Made by a program: the position numbers and the translations under genes. A stretch of 63,349 nt of DNA, the filler included, from Squatina squatina (lineage: Eukaryota), in NCBI GenBank assembly GCA_031763465.1. It is 3 parts of 2 records of this genome, joined end to end, with 100 filler letters (N's around TTAATTAATTAA, not from the genome) between each part and the next. Parts side by side here need not be neighbours in the genome. Positions count along the whole stretch, not along the records: positions 1 to 14,515 come from JARFOE010000168.1; positions 14,616 to 39,748 come from JARFOE010000168.1; 1 more part is not named here. One strand, 5' to 3'. Positions 11,111 to 24,041 of this stretch are shown here, piece after piece. Each line of letters opens with the position of its first letter. Within the stretch, counting starts at the first letter, position 1. The notes under the pieces are model-generated. The model made no database searches, was not told the origin of the DNA, and saw only the letters and a list, made by a program, of their open reading frames with translations.

Positions 11111-11172
11111 ATAGAAACATAGAAACATAGAAAATAGGTGCAGGAGTAGGCCATTCGGCCCTTCGAGCCTTC
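11110..11172 (-). mobile_element. CR1 3' terminus with (CATAGAAA)3 tail, interrupting the SINE
   Basis: catagaaacatagaaacatagaaaataggtgcaggagtaggccattcggccc starts exactly where SINE homology stops. Confidence 0.7.
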
Positions 11173-12845
11173 ANNNNNNNNNNNNNNNNNNNNNNNNNNN
11201 NNNNNNNNNNNNNNNNNNNNNNNNNNNNNNNNNNNNNNNNNNNNNNNNNNNNNNNNNNNNNNNNNNNNNNNNNGGCAGCCAGCCTCCCAGACCTATAAGC
11301 CAGTAACAGACAGTATCTTCAGAAGGGGAGAAAAAAAGGATTTTTTTTTTTTTGAAGAAATCAACCAAATCAAAGACAAAAACATTTTTAAAACACCTTG
11401 AAACAAGATCCCATGCTTGAATAACCCAGGTAAATAAGGTACGAGACTCCACTGGTGCAGAAAAGCGTCTCAATTATAAAGAGCCAAATAGAAAAACTGT
11501 AGTAAAAGTACAACATTTTTATTGTAATATTTCATTGGGGAAAACAACAACAACTTATATTTATATAGCGCCTTTAATGTAGTGAATTGTCCCAAGGCAC
11601 TTCACAGGAGTATTATGAGATAAAAAATTTGAAAGAAACAGAGGTCCTGAATAGTATACGAGATTGTAAGGAGGGGAAAAAAACTCTGCTTTTCAGGGGC
11701 TGGATTCTCTATCGACACACAACTTTTATTTTGGGCAGGGTACGGACAGTCGAACTCTGTGCTGTTTTGAAACTCTTTTGAAAGATCACATTAAAGACTA
11801 ATAACATTTAAAAATCTAGGTGCCAAAGACATTTAAAAAGTCCTACTGTACCATACTGCAACTAACTCGACACTTGACATTACTTTTAACATTTCATGGG
11901 ATCTTTGCAGATTCCAGAAATACTCACTCATGCCACGCCTCCACGAGAACGTTGAGCACAGGAATGCTAACAGATTGGATAGTAGCTTGTTTAAAGGACA
12001 GGAAGAGGGTCACCAGATCAGCGACATAGTCTGCATCATGACACTTAAACCTAAACAAAGTTAAAAAGAAATACACTCTTAAAATAAATAGTATATTGCT
12101 ATCTTTGACAAAGGTTTTAATAATAATTATGGAAAAGTAAATTTGGTAGCACTCTGGTCAGACAACTGAAAACAGTGGTATATTTTGAGGGAAACAATGA
12201 CAGGCTGTAAACTACGAAAATTGAACTTTTGAGCACCATGCATTAAAAGGGACTTTAAGTGAATGAAGCAAGACTTGGCAGTTCTGGTAAAAGCTTATTT
12301 TTTCTATGGCGCAAGTAGCGTGATAATCAGAGTTTATCCAAATTGAGCTCTATTTGGTTGGTAGGGCATTTACATCAGGAAGGTCTGTGCTTCACATGCC
12401 ATCTCACATGAAATTCTTAGGAATCACAATGGCATCCTGTTTGGCAACAGACTGTCATCAATGGTGTCCATGGTCATTGTTTAGATGATATAAAAAGCTT
12501 TTCACATGACAGCAATTCTGCTTTAAAAGTATGATGGGCATGCAATGAATCATGTTCAGTGGTAAAGGCTGGTGTTACCCACATATTTGGGTGATTAAAT
12601 AGTAATTACAGTAGAAATATTTACAGAATAAATGTTAATATAAANNNNNNNNNNNNNNNNNNNNNNNNNNNNNNNNNNNNNNNNNNNNNNNNNNNNNNNN
12701 NNNNNNNNNNNNNNNNNNNNNNNNNNNNNNNNNNNNNNNNNNNNGCCTCGTGTGTAGCAGTGTGGCATAGGAAGGAGATGCGAGGAGAAGAGTGGAGTGG
12801 GGCAGTGGCTTGGTGTGGCAGCTGCCTGGCAGAGAGTGGCGAGTG

Positions 12846-13135
12846 TAGACACTGTTGTAGTGTAGGAAACACAGCAGCCAATTTGTGCACAGCTGGGTCC
12901 CAAAAACAGCAATGAAATGATGACCAGTTCATCTGTTTTTGGTGAGGTGGTTGAGGGATAAATATTCGTCAAGATTCCAGGGATTTCTTCGAAATACAGT
13001 AGTATCATGGCATCTTTTTCAACCAACTTGAAAGGCAGACGGGTCCACGGTTTTACATCTCATCCAAAAGATACTACAGCTATCCCTCAGTACTACATTG
13101 AACTGTGAGCCTAGCTTATGTGCTCAAGCCTCAAC
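12846..13135 (-). mobile_element. Deu-domain SINE, degenerate
   Basis: Colinear with 10900-11110 and 34860-35130. Confidence 0.8.
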
Positions 13136-13200
13136 TTAGTGTGTTTCTCCAAGGCATTTTAATAATAACAAGACAGATTTCAGATCTGACAGTGTCCTAC

Positions 13201-13372
13201 CTGTACAACCGGATCTCAACATGGTTCATCTGGCACATTTCACACAACCTTCTGAATTGGTTGTGACAAATACAAATACACGGAATCAAGTTGTTTCGAG
13301 TGGTTATTATCCCCATCAAATACTTATTATATTCCAAGGCAAGTTCTAAGCAAAATTTCTGCAATAAGGCCC
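13201..13372 (-). CDS. Candidate internal exon of an unidentified gene
   Basis: ttgtttttcag acceptor and CAG|gtagga donor bracket 172 bp with a single open frame (ALLQKFCLELALEYNKYLMGIITTRNNLIPCICICHNQFRRLCEMCQMNHVEIRLY). Confidence 0.35.
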
Positions 13373-13810
13373 CTGAAAAACAATTAAATGTATGCATTAG
13401 ATGGAGATGATCCCTCCATAACTCCAAAGTAAAGAGTCAAGCAGAAATTACTGTCAGTTTCTAAGTCATTGCTTATTTCAGGAAGGTCAAAGATGGCAGC
13501 ACAGGAAAACAACATACTCCAGAGAAGGATCTTCCCCATCTCCAATGTGCTGAAAACATGTCAACCCAGTGACATATATAATAGCATGGTAAGCAAGATG
13601 TTTGCTTCTCACAGTTGAACTCCCAGTAATGAAGAGGAAGGTCTTATGCTAGCATCTGGGGCTCCATGGATATNNNNNNNNNNNNNNNNNNNNNNNNNNN
13701 NNNNNNNNNNNNNNNNNNNNNNNNNNNNNNNNNNNNNNNNNNNNNNNNNNNNNNNNNNNNNNNNNNNNNNNNNGATTCTGCTAAATTAACTTTTGTGTTT
13801 TTTCTTGTAG

Positions 13811-13933
13811 CTGAGACAGAACCTCATGAAGGGAAGAGGAAAGTAGAATCACTGTGGCCCATCTTCAGACTCCACCACCAGCGAACACGTTACATATTTG
13901 ACCTATTCTATAAGAGAAAGGCAATTAGCAGAG
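13811..13933 (+). CDS. BUD31: BUD31 (G10) internal exon
   Basis: Long polypyrimidine tract plus tag acceptor, gtataa donor, 123 bp; (A)[40 protein letters not shown]. Confidence 0.97.
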
Positions 13934-14515
13934 GTATAAGTGTTAAAAATTACAGCTCTGTTTCTTTGGGGTTTGATTGTATTATGATGTTTCCTAACTG
14001 TACCAGTATATGGTTTTGGTGTTCTTAACTGGGGAAATTGCTGTTAAATCTATGAGCAAGGAAAGCATTTTTGTCTCTCAAAACAAATTACCCAATTGGG
14101 TCTATTTTGTACCTTGTTCACAATCACTCAATATGTTATAAATATTCTACTAAATTGATCAAGGGAAAATCAATGTTTACTGAATTCAGATTAGTTTCTA
14201 CATAGAATACATTACAAGATACTTTTTAATGCAAAAACTCTTGTGATCCATTGCAGATCACCAGCCCGACAACATTCTATTTACAGCATCATACTGTTTA
14301 AGAGTCCATTAAGTATGGCTCACCCACCCTTGTTGGTAACCTATTCCAGCCCAAGTATGTACTTCCTGCACCTGTTCCTAAACTTGCCATTTGCATCTTA
14401 GCATTTTAAAAACAATTCATGGGACGTGGGCAAGGCTACATTTATTGTCCATCACCTGTTGCCCTGAAAAGGTGGTGATAGGCCTTCACCTTGAACTTCT
14501 GTAGTCCTTGTGGTG

Positions 14516-14615
14516 NNNNNNNNNNNNNNNNNNNNNNNNNNNNNNNNNNNNNNNNNNNNTTAATTAATTAANNNNNNNNNNNNNNNNNNNNNNNNNNNNN
14601 NNNNNNNNNNNNNNN
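14516..14615. other. Artificial scaffold spacer N44-TTAATTAATTAA-N44
   Basis: Palindromic 12-mer at 14560-14571 giving stops in all six frames, centred in exactly 100 bp. Confidence 0.95.
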
Positions 14616-16085
14616 TCAATGACACAGGGGATGATGGTGCAAGGCAAAAGGAGATGGTAATGGGGCAAGTAAAGAAATAAAAGATGGGTCTAGAGGAGAT
14701 GTAAATGGCAACAGCAGAATCATTACCAGCAGCTGCTGTCCGATAAAATGGGAGCAGCAGTTATAATCTGAAATTGTGGAACTCATTGTTGAGTCCAGAA
14801 GGTTGTAAAGTGCCTAATTGAAAGATGAGGTGCATCCATTGAGCTTCCATTGAGCTTCATTGGAACAGTGTAGGAGGTCAAGGAAAGAGAGGTCAGAGTG
14901 GGGCAAAAAATTAAAGTGGCAAGTAACCGGAAGTTCAGGGTCACACTTGTGAACTGAGCAGAGGTTCTGTTCAGCAAAGTAATCATCCAATCTACATTTG
15001 GTCTCCCCAATGTAGAGGAGACCGCATCGTAAGCAGCTAATACAGTTTACTAAATAGAAATATAAGTAAATCGCTGTTTCACCTGGAAAGACTGTTTGGG
15101 GTCCTGGACGGCGGAAAGGGAGGAGGCGAAAGGGCGTGTGTTGCATCTCCTGCGCTTTCATGGGAAGGTGCCGTGTGAAGGGTAGTGGGCGCTGGGGACG
15201 TGTGTGGATCAGGGTATTGCAGAGGGAATGGTAGCATCACGCTGGAGGTGGTGGAAATGGTGAATGATGATCCGTTGAATGTGAAGGCTGGTGGGTGGAA
15301 GGTGAGGACAAGGGCAACCCTATTGTGGTTCTGGGAGGGAAGGGAAGGGGTGAGTGCGTAAGTGCGGGAAATGGGACAGACACGGTTGAGGGCCATGTGA
15401 ACCATGATGGAGGAGAGGAAAAGGAAAACATATTGGAAGCACTTGTGTGGAAGAGGGCATCGTTATAACAGGTGCGATGGAAATGGGGAAATTGAGAGAC
15501 TGGAATAAAGTCCTTACAGGAAGCAGGTTGGAAGGAATTGCAATCGAGGTAGCTGTGGGTGTCAGTGAGCTTATAGTGGATTTTGATTGATAGCGTATCT
15601 CCAGAAATGGCGATAGAGAAGCCGAGGAAAGGAAGGGTTTGAGATGGATCATGTGAAGGCGAGTGAGGGGTGGAAATTGGAAGCAAACTTGATGACATTT
15701 TCCAGTTCAAGGTGAGAACAGGAAGCGGCACTGATACAGACACAAGGTGAGGGAGGGGACCTGAGTAGGACTGAAACAGAGGCTCCATGAATCCCACAAA
15801 AAGGCAGGTACAGCTAGGATGGGTTCCAATTGTGACACTTTTTATTTGGAGGAAGTAATAGGAGTTAAAGGAGAAGTTGTTCAATGTACGAACAAGCTCC
15901 CCCAGCTGGAGGGGGGTTGTGGTGAATGGGGATTGGTTGGGCCTCCATTCAAGGAAGAAGCGGAGAACCCACTGGCCCCTGGTGGAAGTGGTGGTGGTGG
16001 GGGTAGGTGGGGGGATGAAGGTGTAGAGGGACTGGACATCCCTAATCGGCCAAAGGTTTATCTGGTTTTGCGCCTCTCCCAAGAG
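14616..16085 (-). mobile_element. Penelope-like retroelement, decayed (RT + GIY-YIG endonuclease)
   Basis: RT motifs DVQSLYT and LNNFSFNSYYFLQIKSVTIGT, thumb region IHYKLTDTHSYLD, then CISCLRCGLLYIGETKCRL (GIY-YIG); several frameshifts. Confidence 0.9.
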
Positions 16086-16349
16086 ATCACGTGGTTTCAG
16101 GTGGGTTGGGGAGTGTATGGACTGTGATGCAAAAGGCATCACAATTGTGTGGGACAGACTGGATGAAGCAGTGGGTCTTCTCCTGCCTGCCATTATTCAT
16201 ATGTTCTAAAAGTAAAACTTTAGGCAGGAAGGGACTTTTAATGGGACTGTGGCTAATGCCCATTTTCTGATGTTGATTTAACACAACAATGGTGATTAAC
16301 ACTCCACAATGACAATCCAGCACATACTCCTGTCTAACTTTAGTCTATC

Positions 16350-16580
16350 TACACCTTCCCTCCGCTCTCGGTGGCAGAGCCATCAGCCACCATGCACCTG
16401 AACTCTCAAGTCCACTCCCTCTCTGCTTTGCTACCTCTCTCCCCATGGTCAAAAGGCCTTCTCAAAACTAACCTTTTTGACTGAAGATTCAGCCCCTTCC
16501 TGCTCAGTGTCTGTAGATTGTCCAGTAAGATGACAGGAAGCTTTGTTAGTTGAAAATTCTATGTAAACGTAAGCTGCTCT
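16350..16580 (+). mobile_element. L2-type LINE 3' fragment, highly decayed
   Basis: ggtggcagagccatcagccacc...ctcaaaactaacctttttgac resembles the reverse complement of the 50740-50950 copy. Confidence 0.45.
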
Positions 16581-19500
16581 AACTAAAACCATCAGTGTAG
16601 CCAATTATTAGCGGTGGATCGCATCAAAGGGGTGATCCTCCAAACCAGCACTTTCAACAGATGGAACCGAATCATGGGATCATGCCTTGCATTACTCATG
16701 TACATCGAGCATCTGAATCTTTTTAGACTCCCTGCGCTATAAGCCACGTCATGTTCTAGTTTAATCACAACCCTTATTTAACTTCATTTTTCTTTAAATT
16801 ATGATGGAGCTTACAATGATGAATGTTTAACCTTTCCTAATGCATTTTGATTAATCATTAAGCAATACAAATTATAGTTTTCGAGCTTGATGCTCAGTCC
16901 CGAATATGCAACAAACCAGTTGGCGTTAGATTATATAACTGCATTGTTCTGAATGGATAATTGGGAAAATAACAGCAATATTATTACGGAGAAAATAAAT
17001 GTTCAACTCGGATAAGCTCAGTTACTGTTTAGNNNNNNNNNNNNNNNNNNNNNNNNNNNNNNNNNNNNNNNNNNNNNNNNNNNNNNNNNNNNNNNNNNNN
17101 NNNNNNNNNNNNNNNNNNNNNNNNNNNNNNNNNNNNNNNNNNNNNNNNNNNNNNNNNNNNNNNNNNNNNNNNNNNNNNNNNNNNNNNNNNNNNNNNNNNN
17201 NNNNNNNNNNNNNNNNNNNNNNNNNNGTGTATGGTTTAAAAATAAAATGCGGTTAATGTCAATTAATTTTTAGTTTAAGACAAATCTAAAATGTTAAAAG
17301 CAACATGGATGTCTATAAAGTTTATAAAGTAAATGCTATATTCACTAATCAATAAATAAGTACAAAATTACTTGGCTACTTTTGCTCAGAGCTCCAACCT
17401 CCAACATTAATCTGTCTCTTTTAAATGCTGAAAGGCCTCCTGTATCTTTCCAGCATTTTCAGTTGCTTTTATTTCTTTTATTTTAATTCCCATTTATATG
17501 AAACACATTGTTGCTGGGTAAAAGTTAGCAATAAGTGCAACAAAATAATTATTTTAAGGATACAGAGGGAATAGCTTCTGGAACATAAGTAATGCAGCAA
17601 CTTCCTGCCTGTATTGCTGGGTGTCTAATGTAGTCTTGGTTAATGAGAGTATATACACAGTAGCATCACCAACTGAGTCACCTCTAACCCCACATTTGGA
17701 ATTCAGTTCATCTGAAATGAGATCATACAATGCTTTCAACAGGGAGCTTATNNNNNNNNNNAGTATTCACCATGCTAAAGTGCTTTTGTGAGGTGTGACT
17801 ATAATTGAATGCTTGAAAAAGATATCTCATTTTGAGCTTATTCGGGTCTGAAGTAAGTGAAGGTGTTTTCTAAACAAGATTGCTATTGTATTGTGTGGCA
17901 GTCGACCAAAACCCATTATTGCCTTTTCAGACTTTATAACCACCAAAGGGCCACAAGAATTGAACAATCTGGCACAAGTGGCAGACAAAATTACTTTCTT
18001 GATCATCTATAATTGTGCCAGAAAAGGCCAAGACATGGATTGGTAAAGCAGACAATCTGCTTATAATATTCTTCGCTTAACTCCTTATGGTTTTAATGTG
18101 CAAAAATCCCTTACATTTCTAATATATAAGAATGTGATTTCTGCAGCGTCATTTCATTTTGGGTTAATTTGGATTCTAAACAAATCTATTTATATTAATA
18201 CATGACAGATAGAGTTTATTGAATACTCAGTCCTTTGAAATGCAAATTGAACTAGGAGGTATTAAATAGGACTTGCTTTTAAACATTGTCAGTTGAACTA
18301 AAATTTTAACAGCTCAGCAATTTAGAGTTACCATATCTGTTATTGTAATTGAACCTGCAGATTACCATAATTAGAAAGCTAATTTGATGATGTTTCACCA
18401 CACCATCTTTCTCTTGCCCATCATCATGGTCAATGACTGCTACAGTAGAGGCAGATTGCCACGATATATTGCAACAGCAGGATTAACCTAGTCCGTGCAG
18501 GTAAAAGGAAAACTGTGTAGGCTGGAAGTCCGAAATAAAAAGAGAAAATGGTGGAAATACACAGCATCTGAATGAAAAAGGACTGGTTAAAGTTCAGGTA
18601 CGATTCTTTGTCAGCACTGCTCCTTTTTCGTAATTATGCAAAATGACTTAAATGAAATGAATTATGTAATCTGTGACCAAAGTTGTAAAGGGCTCCAGAT
18701 TATATTTCGGCTATTTCCCTCGAGATCCCTCAATACAATTTACCCTTAAGGAAACTTGTTGGCAGCATGGAGTTTCCATTTATTTATTCAGCAGGGTATG
18801 AGATAACGTGGGGGAAGGTTTCTTTTGTGCACTGCATGGAGCAATTTCATAAACCTATTCTTTATGAACTTTATAAAGAACGTATATGTGATTTCATTAT
18901 GTGAGGAAATCTTCCCTTAACATTGGGATTAGGTGTCATTCTGGTTAACCCTAATACTGCTGGCTACATTTACCAGTGTTTGACACTTCTGTGTAGANNN
19001 NNNNNNNNNNNNNNNNNNNNNNNNNNNNNNNNNNNNNNNNNNNNNNNNNNNNNNNNNNNNNNNNNNNNNNNNNNNNNNNNNNNNNNNNNNNNNNNNNATA
19101 AGTATAACCAGTACTTTGTAATGTTAACATTTTCAGTTCATTTTTTGGTATCTGGTATTTTTCAGTCTTGTATCGGAATCCTGCTCATCCCGCTTGACTC
19201 TGACTTTACCAACTAGTAACAGATTGAAAATATCTTAAGATAGGCATGACATAATCAGCAGCAGTGCGAGGTCACATCACCCTGACAATGAATTTCAATC
19301 CAATACAATAAAGTGACCTCCTACTCTACTGCACCTAGATGACTTGTCTGTTCTCCACATACTCAGAATGCGGCATCTTGCCAAGGGAGTGGAGATTATG
19401 AAATTTGGTCTGACATTCAGGGCAGTTTGATGCTGTGAATGCACACGTCTATTGATAACTAGATCAAAATGANNNNNNNNNNTGAAGTTCAATGCACTTT

Positions 19501-20063
19501 ACAATCGTTGACATCTATCAAAAGGACCAGACCCTCAACTCTAATAGATTCAACCTTTTGTTTCCCAAAGTATCCTAAAACAGTGCACTCAGCCACACAG
19601 AAAATTCATTTCACACATTTTGTACAGTCTGGGTTTTCTGTCTGCTGAATTTCTCAGTGTTTTTCAGGCAGTCTCCGGCACTACTAGCAGAATAGGTTGA
19701 ATATTAAATGAGTAGAATAAATTGTAGAAAGCTCAAGCTGATGCTATTTTTTAAAGTATAACTTTTGCATTGCAATTTCCTGAAAAAGAACAATCAGCCT
19801 TACAAGCTGAGCTAAAATCAAATCAAACACTTGTTGTTGATGGTCACAGCACATTGCAAAAATGGACGAGGCAAGCAGTCATAAGCAGCAATAAGGCAGG
19901 GCTCTCTCTAAACAGCCAATGGATACACATCCAACTTCAAATATTGTCTCATTCTTCGTTTCCNNNNNNNNNNNNNNNNNNNNNNNNNNNNNNNNNNNNN
20001 NNNNNNNNNNNNNNNNNNNNNNNNNNNNNNNNNNNNNNNNNNNNNNNNNNNNNNNNNNNNNNN

Positions 20064-21145
20064 TGTGTGTCTGTGTGTGTCTGGGTGTGCGTCACTGTGT
20101 GTCAGTGTATGTGGGTGTGTGTCAGTGAGTTTGTGGGTGTGTGTCTGTGTGTGGGTGTGTGTCAGTGTATGTGGGTGTGTGTCAGTGTGGGTGTGTGTCA
20201 GTGTGTGTGTGTGTCAGTGTCGGTGTGGGTGGGTGTCAGTGTGGGTGTGTGTCAGTGTGAGTGTGTGTGTGTGAGTGTGTGTCAGTGTGTGTGTGGTTGT
20301 GTGTTAGTGTGTGTGTGCCTGTGTGTGTCTGGGTGTGTGTCACTGTGTGTGTCAGTGTATGTGGGTGTGNNNNNNNNNNNNNNNNNNNNNNNNNNNNNNN
20401 NNNNNNNNNNNNNNNNNNNNNNNNNNNNNNNNNNNNNNNNNNNNNNNNNNNNNNNNNNNNNNNNNNNNNNNNNNNNNNNNNNNNNNNNNNNNNNNNNNNN
20501 NNNNNNNNNNNNNCGTGTGTCAGTGTGTGCGTGTGTCAGTGTGTTTGTGAGTCAGTGTGGGTGTGTGTCAGTGTGTGTGGTTGTGTGTAAGTGTGGTTGT
20601 GTGCCAGTGTGTGTGTTTGTCCGTGTGTGTGTGTGTCAGTGTGTGTGTGGGTGTAGGTCAGTGTGTGTGTGGGTGTCTATCATTGTGGGTGTGTGTCAGT
20701 GTGGATGTGTGTCAGTGTGTGTGTGGGTGTCTGTCAGTGTATCAGTGTTGGTGGGTGTCAGTGTGTGTGGGTGTGTATCAGTGTGTGTGTGTCAGTGTGG
20801 GTGCATGTCATGTGTGTGATTAAGTGTCTGTGTGGGTGTGCGTCAGTATTTGTGTCAGTATGGGTGTGTGTCAGTGTTTGTGTGGTTGTGTGTCAGTGTC
20901 TGTGTGGTTGTGTGTCAGTTTTTGTGTGTGCGTGTGTGAATGTGTATTTGTGTTTGGGTGTGTGTCTGGATGTGTGTGTGGGTGCATGTTTGTGGGTATG
21001 TGTGAGTGTGTGTGTGTGGGAGTTTCAGTGTGTGTGGTGTGTGTGTGGATGTATGTGTGTGTGTGTGTGTATTCGTTTGTGTGGGTGTGTGTGTAGGGTG
21101 TGTGTGTGTGGGTGTGTGTGTGTAGGATGTGAATGTGTGTGTGTG
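20064..21145. repeat. TG-rich simple repeat with GTGTGTCA/GTGG variants
   Basis: Directly visible; spans an internal gap and explains the Cys/Val ORFs. Confidence 0.95.
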
Positions 21146-22149
21146 TGGGGAGGTTCTCTGTCTTGTTACCCTACCACCCTACCAGACGGTGTACGCTGAT
21201 GAGCACCCACTAAAAGAAGGAAGAATATGGGAAACCAAATAGGCAAAGATAAATTAAAAACTCATTATTATTCTCAGTCTTGAATGATTACAAAGCTACA
21301 CTAATTTTAGCAGCCAAGCTGTGTTAGCACCAAAAAATACGGCTGTTCAAACAGTCCTTTCTTTATAAAATAGGCACTGCGCTGCACACAGACCCCACCA
21401 GGCCTACAGTTGCAAAAGCCCATTGTTTGCAAGCTTTTCTTAGTATTTAAATCCAGAAAAAGCTTTTATTATCTCCAAGGAAATTTGACAACCTGCCTTT
21501 AAAAGGGCAGTTTTCATATTCACTTACTACAGAAGGCTGTTTTGTTGAATAGTTGAATTCTCCGTANNNNNNNNNNTGCCAAGAAATAGCTCGACTAACA
21601 GGACTGAGAAGAGACAAGCTCTCACCCATGACAAATTCTGAGATAATTGAACCCTGCGTTTAAATCCATAGATATATAAAAGAATGCTGGGATTCTTTTC
21701 TGGGCTAGTGTCAGTTGAGTCTAGCCACACGTTTACAGTTCTCTGCTACTATATTTGTTGTTCTTCAGTTTCCCATTTACCCCACTAGAATTAGTAATGC
21801 AAAAATATTGGCGAGCATAACTCATTTGATGAACGTTATGAGGGTGGGGGCAGGAAAGAGAGAGGCTGGACTTATTAAAACTTCAACCCACACTGTGAAA
21901 TCGTTTCATTCACTTCATTGGCACTCTTCTGCAGTTATGATATACTTTGTGCTAGTTGTCGAAATATTAGCAGCACATCATTAACTCCTTCTGTGCTAGT
22001 ACTGATTGAATTTAACCCAGATATTTATTGATTTTAACACAGAAGACTTTCCGACCTCATTGCTTTTTGGTGTGGCACCTAAGCTCAGTGAAAACCTTTG
22101 CAGCTGATAGTGGGACCAGTGAGGCAAAACATACCTTTCACACCCATCC

Positions 22150-22223
22150 AAAAACAAAGTACTGTGGATGCTGGAAATCCGAAATAAAAACAGAAAATGC
22201 TGGAAATGCTCAGCAGGTCGGGC
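22150..22223 (+). mobile_element. Penelope-associated terminal repeat fragment
   Basis: gatgctggaaatccgaaataaaaacagaaaatgctggaaatgctcagcaggtc; related copies at about 18505-18570, 50815-50870 and, reversed, about 17425-17470. Confidence 0.55.
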
Positions 22224-24010
22224 NNNNNNNNNNNNNNNNNNNNNNNNNNNNNNNNNNNNNNNNNNNNNNNNNNNNNNNNNNNNNNNNNNNNNNNNNNNNN
22301 NNNNNNNNNNNNNNNNNNNNNNNTGTAGGGCCGGGAAGAGCATTTATTCATGTTCTGCCTGGCCCCACAAAAATCAGTGCCACAGGTTCGTTTTTGGGCG
22401 CTTGGGAGCTGCCTTCAGTGATTCCTTTAAGGATTGCTGGTTAGGCTGAGGTACATCCAGTACCAACAGGCGGAGTGTGGGCACTTCCCATTGATACTGG
22501 AAAATAACACTGAGCCCGATTTAAATATTTTAATAAGACCCGTGCCTGTTTTAGACAGGATCATAATTTTTTGTCTCATGCGAAGCGCCTTGGGACATTT
22601 TACTACGTTAAAGGTGCAATATAACTACAAGTTGTTGTTGTTGGTCACTGGCTGCCCATTTCGAGGCTCACTCAGGAGGCCAGCGGCAGCGGCTGGTAGT
22701 TCTGTAAAATTTCTGTCTGCCGACTGGCCTATTTTTCAGCATAACCAAGATAATCACTACCCCATAAAGTTACTTTCCCTTCAGTTCAACATATGGTTCC
22801 AAGGTAAATCACCCAACATCGGTACCACGCCGACTGGTAACAGACAGTTTATTAAGTCTTTTTTGATTGATTTTTCTTCTGGAGAACACAGTAGATTTTT
22901 CTTTAACCTCCTGTGGTGTGTATTTGCTCTCCTGGCAGAATTTGATTCAGCAAACCTTTCAGCTCAGTGTGTTGATGTGTGCAGAGTTTAATTAAAGGTT
23001 ACCCTCATGCTAGACAGCATACCAGATAGCAACGGAAAAATACTCTTTCTTGGCTTCATACTGGCTCAGTACCTAATGGATTCTGTGGAATCGCCTGGCC
23101 CTGTAAGTATGTGAGTTAGAGCAGTAGGGGGCGGAGGGGGGTCACTCGTTATTAATTTATTAATAGCATTCACCAGCATAAAGAGTGTACGACATGGAGG
23201 TGGGCTCAACTGTTGCACAGCGATTGAACAGCAAGACTTTTGCAGAGCCTCAACGTGGCATTTAATAGTGGACAAAACAAAGAAGGCCTTTTGATGCACT
23301 TGACATTTTTACACATGAATTGCAGCAAGAAAAGGGACAACATCACCCCACAGCTTAGCCTGTGTGCTTTCCCTTAATATGTGTGCTTAACTTCCATCTC
23401 TTTAGGAAATTAAGCTAGAAAGCCTTGAGAATTTCACATTTGCATAGGATAAAATGCACATTTTTTTTTACTTTGCTAAAGTATTATTCTTCATTTGNNN
23501 NNNNNNNNNNNNNNNNNNNNNNNNNNNNNNNNNNNNNNNNNNNNNNNNNNNNNNNNNNNNNNNNNNNNNNNNNNNNNNNNNNNNNNNNNNNNNNNNNAAG
23601 AAGCATCTTCAGTTCAATAGGTAATTCTTTGAGAGCCACTACCTCATAATCAAGTTTCTGTTTTTAATCTCACAATGTCTCATCTATTAATGCAGAGCCC
23701 CCTGTGCTCATGGCTGATTCAACGTGATTGCTGTTTTGTTTTTAATGTGTGAAATGAATTCTCCGCCAGCAGTTCACACATGAAGTGATCAGTAGGGTCA
23801 ATGAAACTGGGGCAAAATAATACTCCAGAATCAGCAATTCATCCAGCGTTTTGATGATTAATGGCATCCAGATCTTGTGGCAACAATGGGAGACTTATCC
23901 CCAGGGAAAAAGACTGTAGCGCGTTTTGATGTGCTAATTCAGCCTCTTTCAGAGAAAAAACAATGTTTTGCCTCATTTTAAGGGAAGAATTTTTTTAAAT
24001 AGTGTGATAA

Positions 24011-24041
24011 TGCAGTGCATTGGAACACCAACAGATGGTGC
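24011..24041 (+). promoter_or_regulatory. Candidate bipartite CTCF site
   Basis: Core CCAACAGATGGTGC (24028-24041) fits CCASYAGRKGGCRS with two mismatches; upstream TGCAG starts 17 nt before the core CC. Confidence 0.45.

Noticed and set aside
19770-21199. Cys/Val-rich ORFs
   Set aside because: Products of the TG simple repeat.
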